Source: Thermosynechococcaceae cyanobacterium MS004 (GTDB lineage: Bacteria > Cyanobacteriota > Cyanobacteriia > Thermosynechococcales > Thermosynechococcaceae). Taken from it: a stretch of 32,000 nt of DNA. Positions 17,555-28,561 of this stretch are shown here, one piece after another (position 1 is the first letter of the stretch; every line of letters starts with the position of its first letter). The stretch is taken from positions 1 to 32,000 of the forward strand of contig JAKRSB010000113.1 in the NCBI GenBank assembly GCA_022402525.1. The letters run 5' to 3'. The notes beneath the pieces were generated by a model. It saw only the letters and a program-made list of their open reading frames with translations. It was not told the origin of the DNA and did no database searches. The translations under genes were made by a program, and so were the position numbers.

Positions 17555-18853
17555 TTAATCTAATTCTTCTGGTTGCAGAGGCAGGATTGTGACCTGTACC
17601 CGTTGTCCATCGGGCAAAACCGTTAGCTCGACACCCTCAATTTCAAGGCGATCGCCGGATTCTGGCACTTTCTCTAGCTCGTCTAGAAATAGACCAGAGA
17701 GGGTCGCTGCATCTTCGCGGGGGAGGCGCACATGCATTTCGTTATTGACGGTAGACAGACTAGCGCGGATTTTGAAAATGCCGCTATGCTCATCCACGCG
17801 CTGAAACTCACGCTCTTCCTCAGCATCGTACTCATCGCGGATTTCGCCCACAATTTCTTCCAGCACGTCTTCCAGAGTAACGAGGCCAGCAGTCCCCCCA
17901 AACTCATCGGTCACAATCATCAAGTGCTGCCGATTTTGCTTCATGTCGCGCAGGAGGTCAGCCACAGGCTTGGTCTCTGGCACAAACCGCACGGGGCGCA
18001 CCAGTTCGCGGATTGTGACGGGGGTTGGGTCGTCAGCAGCCTCAGCCCGGATCAGGTCTTTGACATGGAGAATGCCCACCATATGGTCTAGGTCGCCTTC
18101 GCAGACCGGAAAGCGCGTGTGCGAGGTTTCACCCGTAATGCGATAGGCTTCTTCGATAGTGGTGGAAGTTTTGAGGTGCTGCATCTGGACGCGGGGCACC
18201 ATAATGGCGCGGACGGTGAGGTTGCCAAGCTCGACGGCACCATCAATGATGCGCTGCTCCTGTACGCCAACGGTGCCGCCCAGGCGCGCCGCATTCACGA
18301 GGGCGCGAATTTCTTCCACATGGATGGTGGTGTTTTCCGCTTCGGCAGAGCCGCCCAAGAGCCTCAGAATAGTTGTAGTCACAAAGCTCAAGAAGGTGAC
18401 GACAGGAGAAGTGAGCCGCTGTAGCCACAAAATGGGCATCACGGAGGCCAAGGCGATGGTCTCGGCTTTCCCCAAGGCAAGCCGCTTGGGAACCAGTTCT
18501 CCAAAAATCAGGCTGATAAAAGCGATCGCGATAGTAACGAGAATAAAGCCCACGGTTCCTGCTGCACTGCCCAGGAAGGGCTGGAGTAACTTCACCACGG
18601 GGGCAGCCAATTTTGAGGCAGCCGTGGCGGAGGTAAAGAAGCCAGCCAGGGTGATGCCCACCTGAATCGTCGCGAGGAATTGTGTACTGTCTTGGCTAAT
18701 TTTCTCGATTTGGCGGGCACGGCGATCGCCTTGCTCAGCCAGGGTGCGCAGTTTAGTTTCGCTGGCCGTGACCACCGAAATTTCGGCTGCGGCAAAAAAG
18801 GCGTTGACCAAAATCAAGAGGACGATCGTAAACAGCTCAACAGTAATATTCAT
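17555..18853 (-). CDS. CNNM (DUF21) / CBS / transporter-associated domain protein, HlyC/CorC family
   Basis: N-term DUF21-like TMs (LVNAFFAAAEISVVTASETKLRTLAEQGDRRAR), CBS region IMVPRVQMQHLKTSTTIEEAYR, LIVTDEFGGTAGLVTLEDVLEEIVGEIRDEYD. Confidence 0.93.
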   Translation of the reverse strand: MNITVELFTIVLLILVNAFFAAAEISVVTASETKLRTLAEQGDRRARQIEKISQDSTQFLATIQVGITLAGFFTSATAASKLAAPVVKLLQPFLGSAAGTVGFILVTIAIAFISLIFGELVPKRLALGKAETIALASVMPILWLQRLTSPVVTFLSFVTTTILRLLGGSAEAENTTIHVEEIRALVNAARLGGTVGVQEQRIIDGAVELGNLTVRAIMVPRVQMQHLKTSTTIEEAYRITGETSHTRFPVCEGDLDHMVGILHVKDLIRAEAADDPTPVTIRELVRPVRFVPETKPVADLLRDMKQNRQHLMIVTDEFGGTAGLVTLEDVLEEIVGEIRDEYDAEEEREFQRVDEHSGIFKIRASLSTVNNEMHVRLPREDAATLSGLFLDELEKVPESGDRLEIEGVELTVLPDGQRVQVTILPLQPEELD

Positions 18854-19125
18854 AGAGGATTGATATTCATAGCGACTTGATGTTGGTAGAGGCTTTATAA
18901 ACGCCTCGGCAATCCCTAAAGCTCAAAGGATGAACTTAGAACGCTTTTTGGCAAAACAGCTTGAGAACTGGATAAAAAGGTGCGCTCAACGCCATGCATT
19001 GGACTCAAGATCTAGTGGATCGTCTCGTGATTCTCTCATGCGCCCATCTCATTCTCTAAAGATCCAGGGCTTATAATTACAGCCATAGCTAATTACAGCC
19101 ATAGCTATCGCCACCGAACCGCAGG

Positions 19126-19199
19126 CATTTCCCCAGATACATTTCCCCAGATACATTTCTCCAGATACATTTCCCCAAATACATTTCCCTAGATACATT
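19126..19199. repeat. 5 x 14-bp imperfect tandem repeat (catttccccagata) directly upstream of pyrD
   Basis: Consecutive units at 19126, 19140, 19154, 19168 and 19182, plus partial catt. Confidence 0.95.
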
Positions 19200-19210
19200 G
19201 AGAGATAGGC

Positions 19211-20371
19211 GTGGACTTTTATCAGATCGGCATCCGTCCCCTAGTATTTCAAGGGCTAAAAGCTGACCCAGAGACCGTTCATTCCCAGTTCATGAAGACC
19301 TGCGCCTATCTGGATCGCACCTGCGATCGCCCTTGGAGTCAGTGGGTCCTAAACCAAGCCCATCAGTCCCTCGGCTATGCTGACGATGAGCGCCTCGCCC
19401 AGTCACTTTGGGGTCTTTCCTTTCCAAATCCGGTGGGATTGGCAGCAGGCTTTGATAAAGATGGGGTTGCCAGTAACGTCTGGCCAGCCTTTGGGTTTGG
19501 CTTTGCAGAGCTGGGCACCGTCACCGCCCACGCCCAGCCAGGAAACCCGCAGCCCAGACTGTTTCGCCTCCCCAAAGACCAGGCCGCCATCAACCGCATG
19601 GGGTTTAATAACCAGGGAGCCGCAGCAATGGCGCAGACGCTGCACCAGTCCCAGACGCGACGGGCCGCAGCCAATCTCCCGACCATTCCAATCGGCATTA
19701 ACTTAGGGAAGTCAAAAGTCACGCCCCTAGAGTCTGCCGCCGAAGACTACGGCCAAAGCTTCCGGCTCTTAAAAGACTACGGCGATTACGGCGTGGTCAA
19801 TGTAAGTTCCCCCAATACACCAGGGCTGCGATCGCTTCAGTCCGTGGAGCAGCTCGAGCTGATTCTAGACACCCTCCAGCCAGAGAATACGGCGCATCAG
19901 CCTATTTTTGTCAAAATTGCGCCGGATCTTGCCTGGGAAGACATTTCCGAAATTTTGGCGCTGGTGCAGTCCTACGGGCTGGGGGGCGTCATTGCTACCA
20001 ATACCACCATCAGCCGCGATGGACTCAAGACGGATGTGGTGCAGCGCACAGGGCGATCGCCAGTAGACGAGGCGGGGGGACTCAGCGGTGCGCCCTTAGG
20101 CACCCGCGCCACAGAGGTCATTCGCTTTATTCGTACCTCCACCCAAGGTCAGGTTCCCATTATTGGGGTGGGGGGAATTTTTACAGCCAGAGATGCATGG
20201 GAAAAGCTGGCGGCTGGCGCGAGTCTAGTGCAGGTCTATACGGGCTGGACCTATGAAGGGCCCTGGATGGTGCGCCGCATTTTGCAGGGGCTGGTGCAGG
20301 CACTCCAGATTTATGAACTTCGTCATATTAGTGAAGTTGTAGGCACGGATTTACCCTACCGCGATCGCTAG
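19211..20371 (+). CDS. pyrD: Dihydroorotate dehydrogenase (quinone), class 2
   Basis: [94 protein letters not shown]. Confidence 0.97.
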   Translation: MDFYQIGIRPLVFQGLKADPETVHSQFMKTCAYLDRTCDRPWSQWVLNQAHQSLGYADDERLAQSLWGLSFPNPVGLAAGFDKDGVASNVWPAFGFGFAELGTVTAHAQPGNPQPRLFRLPKDQAAINRMGFNNQGAAAMAQTLHQSQTRRAAANLPTIPIGINLGKSKVTPLESAAEDYGQSFRLLKDYGDYGVVNVSSPNTPGLRSLQSVEQLELILDTLQPENTAHQPIFVKIAPDLAWEDISEILALVQSYGLGGVIATNTTISRDGLKTDVVQRTGRSPVDEAGGLSGAPLGTRATEVIRFIRTSTQGQVPIIGVGGIFTARDAWEKLAAGASLVQVYTGWTYEGPWMVRRILQGLVQALQIYELRHISEVVGTDLPYRDR

Positions 20372-20497
20372 CACAATCTCGGCGGCAACCTAGTTAACAT
20401 AGAAAGAGTAAAGAATTGTAAGGCCAGCCCTGTTGGCCCATTCATGCGCATCTTTATTTAGGCTCATCTTCAGGATCATCATTGAAAGGTTGGTTTT

Positions 20498-21958
20498 GTG
20501 TCCCTTCATTTACCCCTCGTTGGAAAAGTGCGTCGTCCGGCCCCTTGGATTTGGGTTGTCGTGGGGCTGGGCATTGTCGGCATTGGCGCGGGAGCCTTTG
20601 TCTGGGCCAGAAACAGCGCCGCACCCTCTGACCTCGCAGACTATACCATTGACGTGACGCCAGAGGCATTAACCCTCCGCATCACGGCCAGCGGTACCGT
20701 TGTACCTGTCCAAAGCGTGAACCTTAGCCCCAAGACAGCAGGTGTCCTGCAAGAGCTATTTGTTGAGCAGGGCGATCGCGTCGTGCAGGGGCAGATCATC
20801 GCCCGCATGGATCAGCAAGACTTAAGGGGGCAGCTTCTCCAGGCTCAAGGCGGGGTAGAGCAAGCCGAGGCGCGGCTGAGGCAGCTCCAAAACGGCAGCC
20901 GCCCCGAAGAAATCGCCCAGGCCAAAGCGCGGCTAGATCAAACCCAAGCGCAGCTCAATACCGCCCAGTCTGGCAATCGCCTGCCCGAAATTGCCCAGGC
21001 CCAGGCCCAAGTGACCTCTGCTCAGGCGCGGCTGGATCTCGCTAACTCAAAGCTGACTCAGTATCGTCAGCTCAAAGAAGCAGGGGCGATCGCCCAAGAG
21101 CGCTTCAATGAAGTCGAAGCCGATGCCAAAACTGCCAATGCCAGCCTTGCCGAAGCGCGTCAGCGCCTAGCCTTGCTAGAGCAGGGCACCCGCACAGAAG
21201 AGATCCAGCGGGTGCAGGCCAGCGTCCGGGAGGCGGGCGCAGCCTATGCCTTGGTGCGGAATGGCACCCGTGCCGAAGAAATTGCCCAGGCCCAAGCTCA
21301 GCTCACCACCGCCATCGGGCAGCTTCAGGTGATTCAGGCAAGGCTCTCAGATACTGTTATTCGTGCACCCTTTGCGGGCGTGGTGACGCAAAAATACGCC
21401 ACCGAAGGTGCCTTTGTGACGCCGACCACTTCCGCATCCAGCACCACCTCGGCCACCTCCACCTCCATTGTGGCGATCGCCAAGGATCTAGAAGTTCTGG
21501 CCAAGGTGCCGGAAGTTGACATTGGCCAAATCCGTCCGGGGCAGTCCGTGGAGATTGCCGCAGATTCCTATCCCGGCCAGACCTTCAAAGGACGCGTGCG
21601 GCTCGTGTCCCCAGAAGCCGTCATTGAGCAGAGCGTGACCTCTTTTCAGGTGCGAGTCACGATGCTCACTGGACAGCGGCAGCTTTTGTCCGGCATGAAC
21701 TCCGACCTTACCTTTTTGGGAAAGACGGTGCAGAATGCCCTGGTGGTGCCCACCGTGGCGATCGCCACCCTCAAGGGGCAGACGGGGGTCTATGTTCCCG
21801 ATTCAGCCAATAAGCCGAAGTTCCAGTCCATCACCATTGGCTCAACCGTCCAGAATAAAACCCAGGTGGTGGAGGGGCTAAACGCAGGGCAGAAGGTGTT
21901 TATTGATTTCCCCAAAAACCTCAAGCCCAAAGAATTAGAAGACCCCAGCGCTTCTTAG
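20498..21958 (+). CDS. HlyD/MacA-type membrane fusion (periplasmic adaptor) protein
   Basis: N-term TM; GTVVPVQSVNLSPKTAGVLQELFVEQGDRVVQGQIIARMD; long coiled-coil; DTVIRAPFAGVVTQKYATEGAFV. Confidence 0.92.
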   Translation: MSLHLPLVGKVRRPAPWIWVVVGLGIVGIGAGAFVWARNSAAPSDLADYTIDVTPEALTLRITASGTVVPVQSVNLSPKTAGVLQELFVEQGDRVVQGQIIARMDQQDLRGQLLQAQGGVEQAEARLRQLQNGSRPEEIAQAKARLDQTQAQLNTAQSGNRLPEIAQAQAQVTSAQARLDLANSKLTQYRQLKEAGAIAQERFNEVEADAKTANASLAEARQRLALLEQGTRTEEIQRVQASVREAGAAYALVRNGTRAEEIAQAQAQLTTAIGQLQVIQARLSDTVIRAPFAGVVTQKYATEGAFVTPTTSASSTTSATSTSIVAIAKDLEVLAKVPEVDIGQIRPGQSVEIAADSYPGQTFKGRVRLVSPEAVIEQSVTSFQVRVTMLTGQRQLLSGMNSDLTFLGKTVQNALVVPTVAIATLKGQTGVYVPDSANKPKFQSITIGSTVQNKTQVVEGLNAGQKVFIDFPKNLKPKELEDPSAS

Positions 21959-22097
21959 GAGCGACTGAGGCTTTCAAGAAAGTCTTGGCGCAGTTCTGGA
22001 TGCCTTTCTTGGATACCGTCTTGGATACCGTTTGGGATATGGTTCGGGGTTAAGTTCGGGGCGGCAACCTATAGCAGTTCAACCACTAGGCTCAATC

Positions 22098-23315
22098 ATG
22101 GATTTTGTTGAAAGTATCAAAATGGCCACCACCACGCTCACAGCCAATCGGCTGCGGAGTGTGCTAACGATGCTGGGGATGATCATTGGTAACGCCTCGG
22201 TGGTGGCGATGATTGGCATTGGGGAGGGTGCCCAGCGTTTTGCCTCGGCTCAGTTTGAGTCCTTAGGCCCCAACGTTTTGTTTATTACCGCTGGCAATGA
22301 TCGTGCCCGCAACCGCACCAATGTCCTGCCCAAAACCCTGGTCTTACAAGATGCTGAGGCGATCGCCAGTCAGGTGCCGACGGTTGCCCATGTTGCGCCC
22401 CAACTCCAGAACCAGGTGCCCGTCGTCTATCGGAATCAAAATAAGCCAACCCTTGTGATTGGCACCACGGAGCTATTTCCCATTGTGCGCGACTACGACG
22501 TGGCGCAGGGGCGATTCATTACAGCCCAGGATGTGCAGCGCGGGAATTCCGTTGCCGTGGTGGGGTCTGACCTGGCAACCAACCTGTTTGGCACGACTAA
22601 CCCCATTGGCCAGCAGCTTCGGATTAAAAATATTACCTTTCGCGTGGTTGGCCTTTTAAAGCCCAAAGGCGCTTTTCTGGGAAACAACCAGGACGACGTT
22701 ATTTTTGTGCCCATTTCAACCATGGCAGACCGCATTATTGGCCGCACCTCGCCCTTTGGCACCGAAGTCACCTTTATTTCCGTCTCTGCCCAAGACGAAT
22801 CTAAGATGGCGGCGGCCAAAACCCAAATCACCAACCTGCTGCGCCTCCGTCACAAGATCGTCGCAGAAGACGATTTTACCGTGCGCTCCCAGGATGAAGC
22901 GCTGAATATTATTGGTGCCGTGACGGGTGCCCTCACCATCATGCTGGTGGCGATCGCCGGAATTTCGCTGATTGTGGGCGGCATTGGCATCATGAATATC
23001 ATGCTGGTCTCCGTCACCGAGCGCACCCAGGAAATTGGCCTCCGCAAAGCCATCGGCGCAACCCAGTCCGATATTTTGGTGCAGTTTTTAATTGAGTCTA
23101 TTATTTTGTCCGCCGCTGGCGGCATCCTTGGGATTGTTATTGGGGCAGGCACCGTGTTTCTGGTGGGTGCATTAACCCCCCTGCAAACTAGCGTTTCGGT
23201 TCCGGCGATCGCCCTTGCGTTTTCAGTCTCCGGGGGAATTGGCGTCTTTTTTGGCGTTGTGCCAGCACAGCGCGCCTCTCGCTTAGACCCCATCGTGGCG
23301 CTGAGGAGTGCCTAG
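22098..23315 (+). CDS. MacB-like ABC transporter permease (track ORF opens at 22032)
   Basis: TANRLRSVLTMLGMIIGNASVVAMIGIGEGAQ; C-term FtsX-like GGIGIMNIMLVSVTERTQEIGLRKAIGATQSDI. Confidence 0.93.
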   Translation: MDFVESIKMATTTLTANRLRSVLTMLGMIIGNASVVAMIGIGEGAQRFASAQFESLGPNVLFITAGNDRARNRTNVLPKTLVLQDAEAIASQVPTVAHVAPQLQNQVPVVYRNQNKPTLVIGTTELFPIVRDYDVAQGRFITAQDVQRGNSVAVVGSDLATNLFGTTNPIGQQLRIKNITFRVVGLLKPKGAFLGNNQDDVIFVPISTMADRIIGRTSPFGTEVTFISVSAQDESKMAAAKTQITNLLRLRHKIVAEDDFTVRSQDEALNIIGAVTGALTIMLVAIAGISLIVGGIGIMNIMLVSVTERTQEIGLRKAIGATQSDILVQFLIESIILSAAGGILGIVIGAGTVFLVGALTPLQTSVSVPAIALAFSVSGGIGVFFGVVPAQRASRLDPIVALRSA

Positions 23316-23355
23316 AATGCCAGGACCAGGGGTGCAGTAGGATCTTTTTCTTTTT

Positions 23356-24111
23356 ATGAACACCATGCTCTCAACATCGGCGGAATTCCAAGTCCCATCC
23401 GCTGCCACCATCATTCGCCTCGAAGGGATTGCAAAGCGCTACGGGGAGGGCGAGACGACCGTGGATGCGCTCAAGGGGGTCAATCTAACGGTTGAAGCGG
23501 GAGAATATTGCTCCATCATGGGGGCTTCCGGCTCCGGCAAGTCCACGATGATGAATATTATTGGCTGTCTCGACCGTCCGACCGCTGGCCGTTACTACCT
23601 AGATGGCGAAGCCGTCGACCAGATGGATGATGACCAGCTTGCCCATATTCGCAATCGTAAGATTGGGTTTGTGTTTCAGCAGTTTCACTTACTCTCCCAG
23701 GTCAGCGCTCTAGAAAACGTGATGCTGCCCATGGTCTACGCCAATGTTCCGGCAGCAGAACGTCGTGAACGGGCGATCGCCGCCCTAGAGCGGGTGGGGC
23801 TAGGTGCACGACTTCAGAATCGACCCAACCAGCTTTCTGGCGGTCAGCAGCAGCGGGTGGCGATCGCCAGGGCGATCGTGAATCAGCCCGTGATGCTATT
23901 GGCGGATGAGCCGACGGGAGCGCTGGACAGCAAAACCACTCAGGAGATTCTAGAAATTTTTGGTGCGCTCAATGAAGCCGGAATGACCGTGGTGATGGTG
24001 ACCCACGAAACCGAAGTGGCCCGCTGCACCCGTCGCGTGGTTTGGTTTAAAGATGGCCAGGTCGTTCATGCCAACCTCAACCCCGAAGACCTGTCCCAAG
24101 CTGCATTTTAG
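23356..24111 (+). CDS. ABC transporter ATP-binding protein (MacB/LolD type)
   Basis: Walker A GASGSGKSTMMN, signature LSGGQQQRVAIARAIV, Walker B VMLLADEPTGALDSKT. Confidence 0.96.
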   Translation: MNTMLSTSAEFQVPSAATIIRLEGIAKRYGEGETTVDALKGVNLTVEAGEYCSIMGASGSGKSTMMNIIGCLDRPTAGRYYLDGEAVDQMDDDQLAHIRNRKIGFVFQQFHLLSQVSALENVMLPMVYANVPAAERRERAIAALERVGLGARLQNRPNQLSGGQQQRVAIARAIVNQPVMLLADEPTGALDSKTTQEILEIFGALNEAGMTVVMVTHETEVARCTRRVVWFKDGQVVHANLNPEDLSQAAF

Positions 24112-24121
24112 GTTGATTTTC

Positions 24122-25039
24122 ATGAAATTCTGGGTTGTTTTCACGGGCTTATTTTTCACGGGCTTATATTTATTGCTGGCGCGACCTGCCGCCATGCCTG
24201 CGATCGCCACACCGCCGCCCATCACTCAAAAGCGTCCCGATGTCTTGCGGAAAATCCTGCGGGCTCCCATTGTGTATCTAGGCGAAACCCACGATCATCC
24301 GCCAGACCACGACGCACAGCTCGATATTATTCAGCGCATCCACGCCCGCCAGCCCAACCTGGCGATCGCCCTGGAAATGTTCCAGAAACCCTTCCAAGCA
24401 AGCCTTGACCAATACCTTAAAGGCACCCTCACCGAAGCTGAACTGCTGGCTCAAACTGAATATAAAAAGCGCTGGGGCTTTAGCTGGGATTTTTACGCCC
24501 CCATTTTGCGGTTTGCCAAGGCCAACCAAATCCCCGTTCTGGCCATCAATACCCCCAGTGAAGTCACCCGCAAGGTCGCCAGAACTGGCCTGGAAAGCCT
24601 CGCGCCAGAAGACCTAAAATGGATTCCGCCATTGGCTGAAATTGAAACCACCAACGAGCAGTACCGCCAGCGTCTCCTGGAAATTTATCAGTCCTCCCAT
24701 CAAGGCCACGGCAACAGCGCCGGATTTGATCGGTTCTTCCAGGCTCAAGTCCTCTGGGATGAAACTATGGCCGATGCGATCGCCCAGTATTGGCGTAAGC
24801 ACCCAGACCGTAAAGTGGTCGTCCTCGTCGGTCAGGGACATTTGCTTTACGGCGACGGTATTCCGAGCCGTGTTAAGCGCCGCCTGCATCAACTCCCCAA
24901 CTGGCAGCAGCACTCCGTCCTCATCAACCCCTCCGCAGAACACCAGATCCCGCCAACCTCCAAGTCATCTTCCAATCCATCCTCCAGTCCAAACCGTGCG
25001 ATCGCGGATTCCTTCTGGTTTAGCTCAAGTCAGCCCTAG
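24122..25039 (+). CDS. ChaN-like family lipoprotein/heme-binding domain protein (track ORF opens at 24053)
   Basis: VYLGETHDHPPDHDAQLDIIQRIHARQPNLAIALEMFQKPFQASLDQYLKG; VVLVGQGHLLYGDGIPSRV. Confidence 0.85.
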   Translation: MKFWVVFTGLFFTGLYLLLARPAAMPAIATPPPITQKRPDVLRKILRAPIVYLGETHDHPPDHDAQLDIIQRIHARQPNLAIALEMFQKPFQASLDQYLKGTLTEAELLAQTEYKKRWGFSWDFYAPILRFAKANQIPVLAINTPSEVTRKVARTGLESLAPEDLKWIPPLAEIETTNEQYRQRLLEIYQSSHQGHGNSAGFDRFFQAQVLWDETMADAIAQYWRKHPDRKVVVLVGQGHLLYGDGIPSRVKRRLHQLPNWQQHSVLINPSAEHQIPPTSKSSSNPSSSPNRAIADSFWFSSSQP

Positions 25040-25227
25040 CCAATCTCTATCTCACTGAATCTCTGCATCTCACTGAATCTCTATATCTCACTGAGTCTAC
25101 GCCAAACCAGTCTCGTCACAGTAGTTGATAAAGTAGAGGCACAACCGAGACACAACCGAGGCACACTAAGGAATAGACAAGCGCCTTACTGGGGTAGCAT
25201 CCATCCAACCTCGTCCATAAAACCTCC

Positions 25228-26232
25228 ATGAAAAACGTCAAGCTTTTTTCCCTTCAACTTGCCTGCACTGCTCTGGTGACAAGTCTAGGAACCTTGCTGA
25301 CCCTAGCGCCCCACCATCCCAGCCAGACCTCCTTCAGCGCCCTACAGGTCGGAGAAATAGCGATCGCGAGACGCACTGGAGGACGCGCAGGCGGCGGCTC
25401 TTTCCGGCGCTCTTCTCCCTCCCGCAGCGGGGGCTCTTTCCGGCGCTCACAGCCACGCCCTAACTATGGTGGCGGTGGGCCTGTCTTTGTCCCTGTACCC
25501 TACGGCCAGCCAAACTACCGGGCCTCATCCTACGATTCTGAGGGCGGCTTTTCTGTTTTGCTAGTGCGGCTCATTTTAGGCGGATTGGTTATCGCTGCGT
25601 TTTTGTGGGTTCTGCACAAGCGCAGAAGCAGTAGCGGCCTTGTCTCTGGAGCGAGCGAAGTAGACAACAATATTTTTACAGTCAGCAAAGTGCAGATTGC
25701 ACTCTACGCTCAAGCCCGTGAGCTTCAGGCCGAACTCAGCGCCCTCAGCCTAGCGGTAGATACAGAAACTTCCGAGGGGCTTCTACAGCTCTTGCAGGAG
25801 TCAGCCCTCGCCTTACTGCGCCATACGGAATACTGGACTCATGTCTCTGCTAGCTCTCAAGTGGCACGAGATGCCCTAGAAGCAGAGCGCTTGGCCAATA
25901 AACTATCCATTGAGCAGCGTCGGCAGCTCAGTGCCGAAACCCTCGTCAACGTAGGCGGCAGCAAGCGGCAGACCGCCATTCAAGCTGCAGGTTTAGAAGA
26001 GGGGCCAGCGGCCTATATCGTTGTGACCTTCTTAGTGGGGTCTGCCCACGATCAGCCCCTGTTTGACAAAATTCAGTCCGTAGACGAACTTCAGCATGTT
26101 CTTGAAACCTTGGCAGCTCTGCCGACTGAATACCTGATGACCTTTGAGCTCATCTGGAGCCCTCAAGACACTAGCGACAGTCTCACGGATGATGAGCTGT
26201 TAACGGGATATTCGGATCTAGTTCAACTCTAA
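25228..26232 (+). CDS. DUF1517 domain-containing membrane protein
   Basis: Signal/TM; RTGGRAGGGSFRRSSPSRSGGSFRRSQPRPNYGGGGP...; EGGFSVLLVRLILGGLVIAAFLWVL; YIVVTFLVGSAHDQPLFDKIQS. Confidence 0.8.
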   Translation: MKNVKLFSLQLACTALVTSLGTLLTLAPHHPSQTSFSALQVGEIAIARRTGGRAGGGSFRRSSPSRSGGSFRRSQPRPNYGGGGPVFVPVPYGQPNYRASSYDSEGGFSVLLVRLILGGLVIAAFLWVLHKRRSSSGLVSGASEVDNNIFTVSKVQIALYAQARELQAELSALSLAVDTETSEGLLQLLQESALALLRHTEYWTHVSASSQVARDALEAERLANKLSIEQRRQLSAETLVNVGGSKRQTAIQAAGLEEGPAAYIVVTFLVGSAHDQPLFDKIQSVDELQHVLETLAALPTEYLMTFELIWSPQDTSDSLTDDELLTGYSDLVQL

Positions 26233-26483
26233 AGCTATCCTCAATGCCGCATAGCTGCCTCAAACTTGCCTCAAAATCCAGTTGCGAGGGGTTCGTCCAA
26301 GATCGGGCAGGGGGCACTTAGCACTCAGGCAGGACGTCTCAATAAAGAGAGCAATAAAGATAGCTTCAGATCAATCGTTTCTTCTGCGGGAATGTTGCGC
26401 TCCTGTAGACAGCGATCGCCTTTGAGAGGCAAGATGGAAAAGGTCGGCCCGTGTGAAGATCACGCATCCTGTCAGATACGCCT

Positions 26484-27479
26484 ATGCCAAGCATTGATGT
26501 TTTAGGGGTGCCCCACGCATACGAGTTAACGGATGCGGTGGAGGGCAGACCCACCTTTGTATTTGTACATGGCTGGTTGCTGAGTCGGCACTACTGGCAG
26601 CCGCTCGTCCAAAAGCTGTCGCCCTTCTATCAGTGCCTAACCTACGATCTCAGAGGGTTTGGGGCATCTCAGGAAGTGGATCGGCCTATTCCGCAGAAAG
26701 ACTCCCTCTCTTGGCAAGAAAGTTTAGGGCCAGAAAACTTGGCGATCGCCCATTCACCCTTCAGCCTGGGCCCTCATCTCCACCCTAGTCTGCACCATAC
26801 CCCCACGCGCTATAGCCCTGCGGCCTACGCGCAAGACCTAGTTGCGCTGCTCGAAGCCCTCAATCTCTCTAAAGTCTGGGTGGTGGGGCACTCCTTGGGT
26901 GGCAGTATTGCCCTCTGGGCAGGTGCAATCGCCCCTGAGACCGTTCAAGGCGTTGTTTGCCTCAATTCTGGGGGCGGCATTTACGTGAAAGAAGCCTTTG
27001 AGCGCTTTCGAGGGGCAGGGCAACAAATGATCAAGTTTCGTCCGGGCTGGCTGTCTTCGGTGCCGCTCCTTCACTTAGCCTTCAGTCGCATCATGGTGCA
27101 TCGGCCCCTTGCAAGACACTGGGGGCGGCAGCGCGCAATAGATTTTGTAGCAGCCCAACCAGAAGCAGCGCTTCAGTCTTTGCTAGACTCAACGGCTCCA
27201 GAGCAAATTCATCTTTTACCGCAGGTGGTAGCTCAGCTTCAGCAGCCGGTGTATTTTCTGGGGGGACAAGAAGATCAGGTGATGGAATTAAAGTACGTCT
27301 ATCATCTCGCCAGCTTTCATCCGAGCTTTCGGGCTGGAGAAACCAACGTGATCGAAATTCCTAACTGTGGACACATGGGAATGCTAGAGCGCACCACTGC
27401 GATCGCCCTTACCCTCCAGCAGCTTCAGGAGAAACATCAACCGTCTTTCCCATACCCTTCGGCCTCTCTATTGGGCTAG
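26484..27479 (+). CDS. Alpha/beta hydrolase
   Basis: VFVHGWLLSRHYWQPLVQKL, VVGHSLGGSIALWAGA nucleophile elbow, IPNCGHMGMLE. Confidence 0.92.
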   Translation: MPSIDVLGVPHAYELTDAVEGRPTFVFVHGWLLSRHYWQPLVQKLSPFYQCLTYDLRGFGASQEVDRPIPQKDSLSWQESLGPENLAIAHSPFSLGPHLHPSLHHTPTRYSPAAYAQDLVALLEALNLSKVWVVGHSLGGSIALWAGAIAPETVQGVVCLNSGGGIYVKEAFERFRGAGQQMIKFRPGWLSSVPLLHLAFSRIMVHRPLARHWGRQRAIDFVAAQPEAALQSLLDSTAPEQIHLLPQVVAQLQQPVYFLGGQEDQVMELKYVYHLASFHPSFRAGETNVIEIPNCGHMGMLERTTAIALTLQQLQEKHQPSFPYPSASLLG

Positions 27480-27580
27480 TCTCCAATGAACTAAAAAAGC
27501 GCCGCAGATTTTTCTGCAGCGCCTTTATTGGAAAGAATCAGCTCAGCCTATACCTGAAATCCTGGGCTGAGTAGTACAGC

Positions 27581-28558
27581 TTAGAAATTTAGTTCAGCAG
27601 CCTGAACCTTTTCAACCTGTTTCTTCTTCAGCACCAGCAGGGTCTGAGACAGCATGATTGCCGCAAAAAACGCAATCAGCCACTTCACCCGTGTGGGGTT
27701 TTGGAGCACAATTTCGGTGTCGTGTTGACCGAAGCCACCCACGTTAGGATTGTCCGTCAGCGCATCCCCATTATTGACTTGCTGGCCTTTAGTGACGACC
27801 AAAGTAGGGCCAGCGGGAATGGTTTCCGTGACCTTTTGGCCATCGCTTGCGGCGATCGTCACCACATGGCTACCCGCATCTCCATCTGCAATTTCAGTCA
27901 CGACGCCAGAAGCGGGCGCAGTAAAGATATTGTTGTTGGACTTATCACCCGTGGGATAAACCTGACCGCGACCGCGATTCCCTGCGGCATGAACCGCATA
28001 CTTTCCGAAGTGAATCGCTTTGTTTGTATTGGGGTCTGGAGAAAGAATGGGGAAGACAATTTCCTGATGCTCATCACCGGGAATTGGCCCAATGACAATG
28101 ATATTTTTCTTGTCTTCGCTATAGGGCTGGAAGTACAGGCCATTAACTTTTTCCTGAAGCTCCTCAGGGATACGGTCTGATGGCGCTAGCTCAAACCCTT
28201 CGGGCAGCACGAGCAGGGCACCCACGTTCATGGGGCCTTTTTCACCGTTGCCAAGGACTTGCTGAACTGACGTATCGTAAGGAATTTTCACCACGGCTTC
28301 AAAAACCGTGTTAGGCAGTACCGACTGAGGCACTTCAATTTCGGTGGGCTTTTGAGCCAAGTGGCAGTTGGCACAAACAATCCGACCCGTTGCTTCACGC
28401 GGATTTTCGTAAGCCTGTTGCGCAAAAACCGGATAAGCCTGCGCTGTCAGTGGAAGCGCGAGGCTAGTAGCCAAAAAAATACCAAGAGCAGCCAGAAGCT
28501 GAAGGCTTCTTTGGGACAGTTTGGTTAGGGATAATTTAGAAATTAAGGTTCGCTTCAT
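27581..28558 (-). CDS. petA: Apocytochrome f
   Basis: [54 protein letters not shown]; C-terminal [31 protein letters not shown]. Confidence 0.98.
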   Translation of the reverse strand: MKRTLISKLSLTKLSQRSLQLLAALGIFLATSLALPLTAQAYPVFAQQAYENPREATGRIVCANCHLAQKPTEIEVPQSVLPNTVFEAVVKIPYDTSVQQVLGNGEKGPMNVGALLVLPEGFELAPSDRIPEELQEKVNGLYFQPYSEDKKNIIVIGPIPGDEHQEIVFPILSPDPNTNKAIHFGKYAVHAAGNRGRGQVYPTGDKSNNNIFTAPASGVVTEIADGDAGSHVVTIAASDGQKVTETIPAGPTLVVTKGQQVNNGDALTDNPNVGGFGQHDTEIVLQNPTRVKWLIAFFAAIMLSQTLLVLKKKQVEKVQAAELNF

Positions 28559-28561
28559 TAT

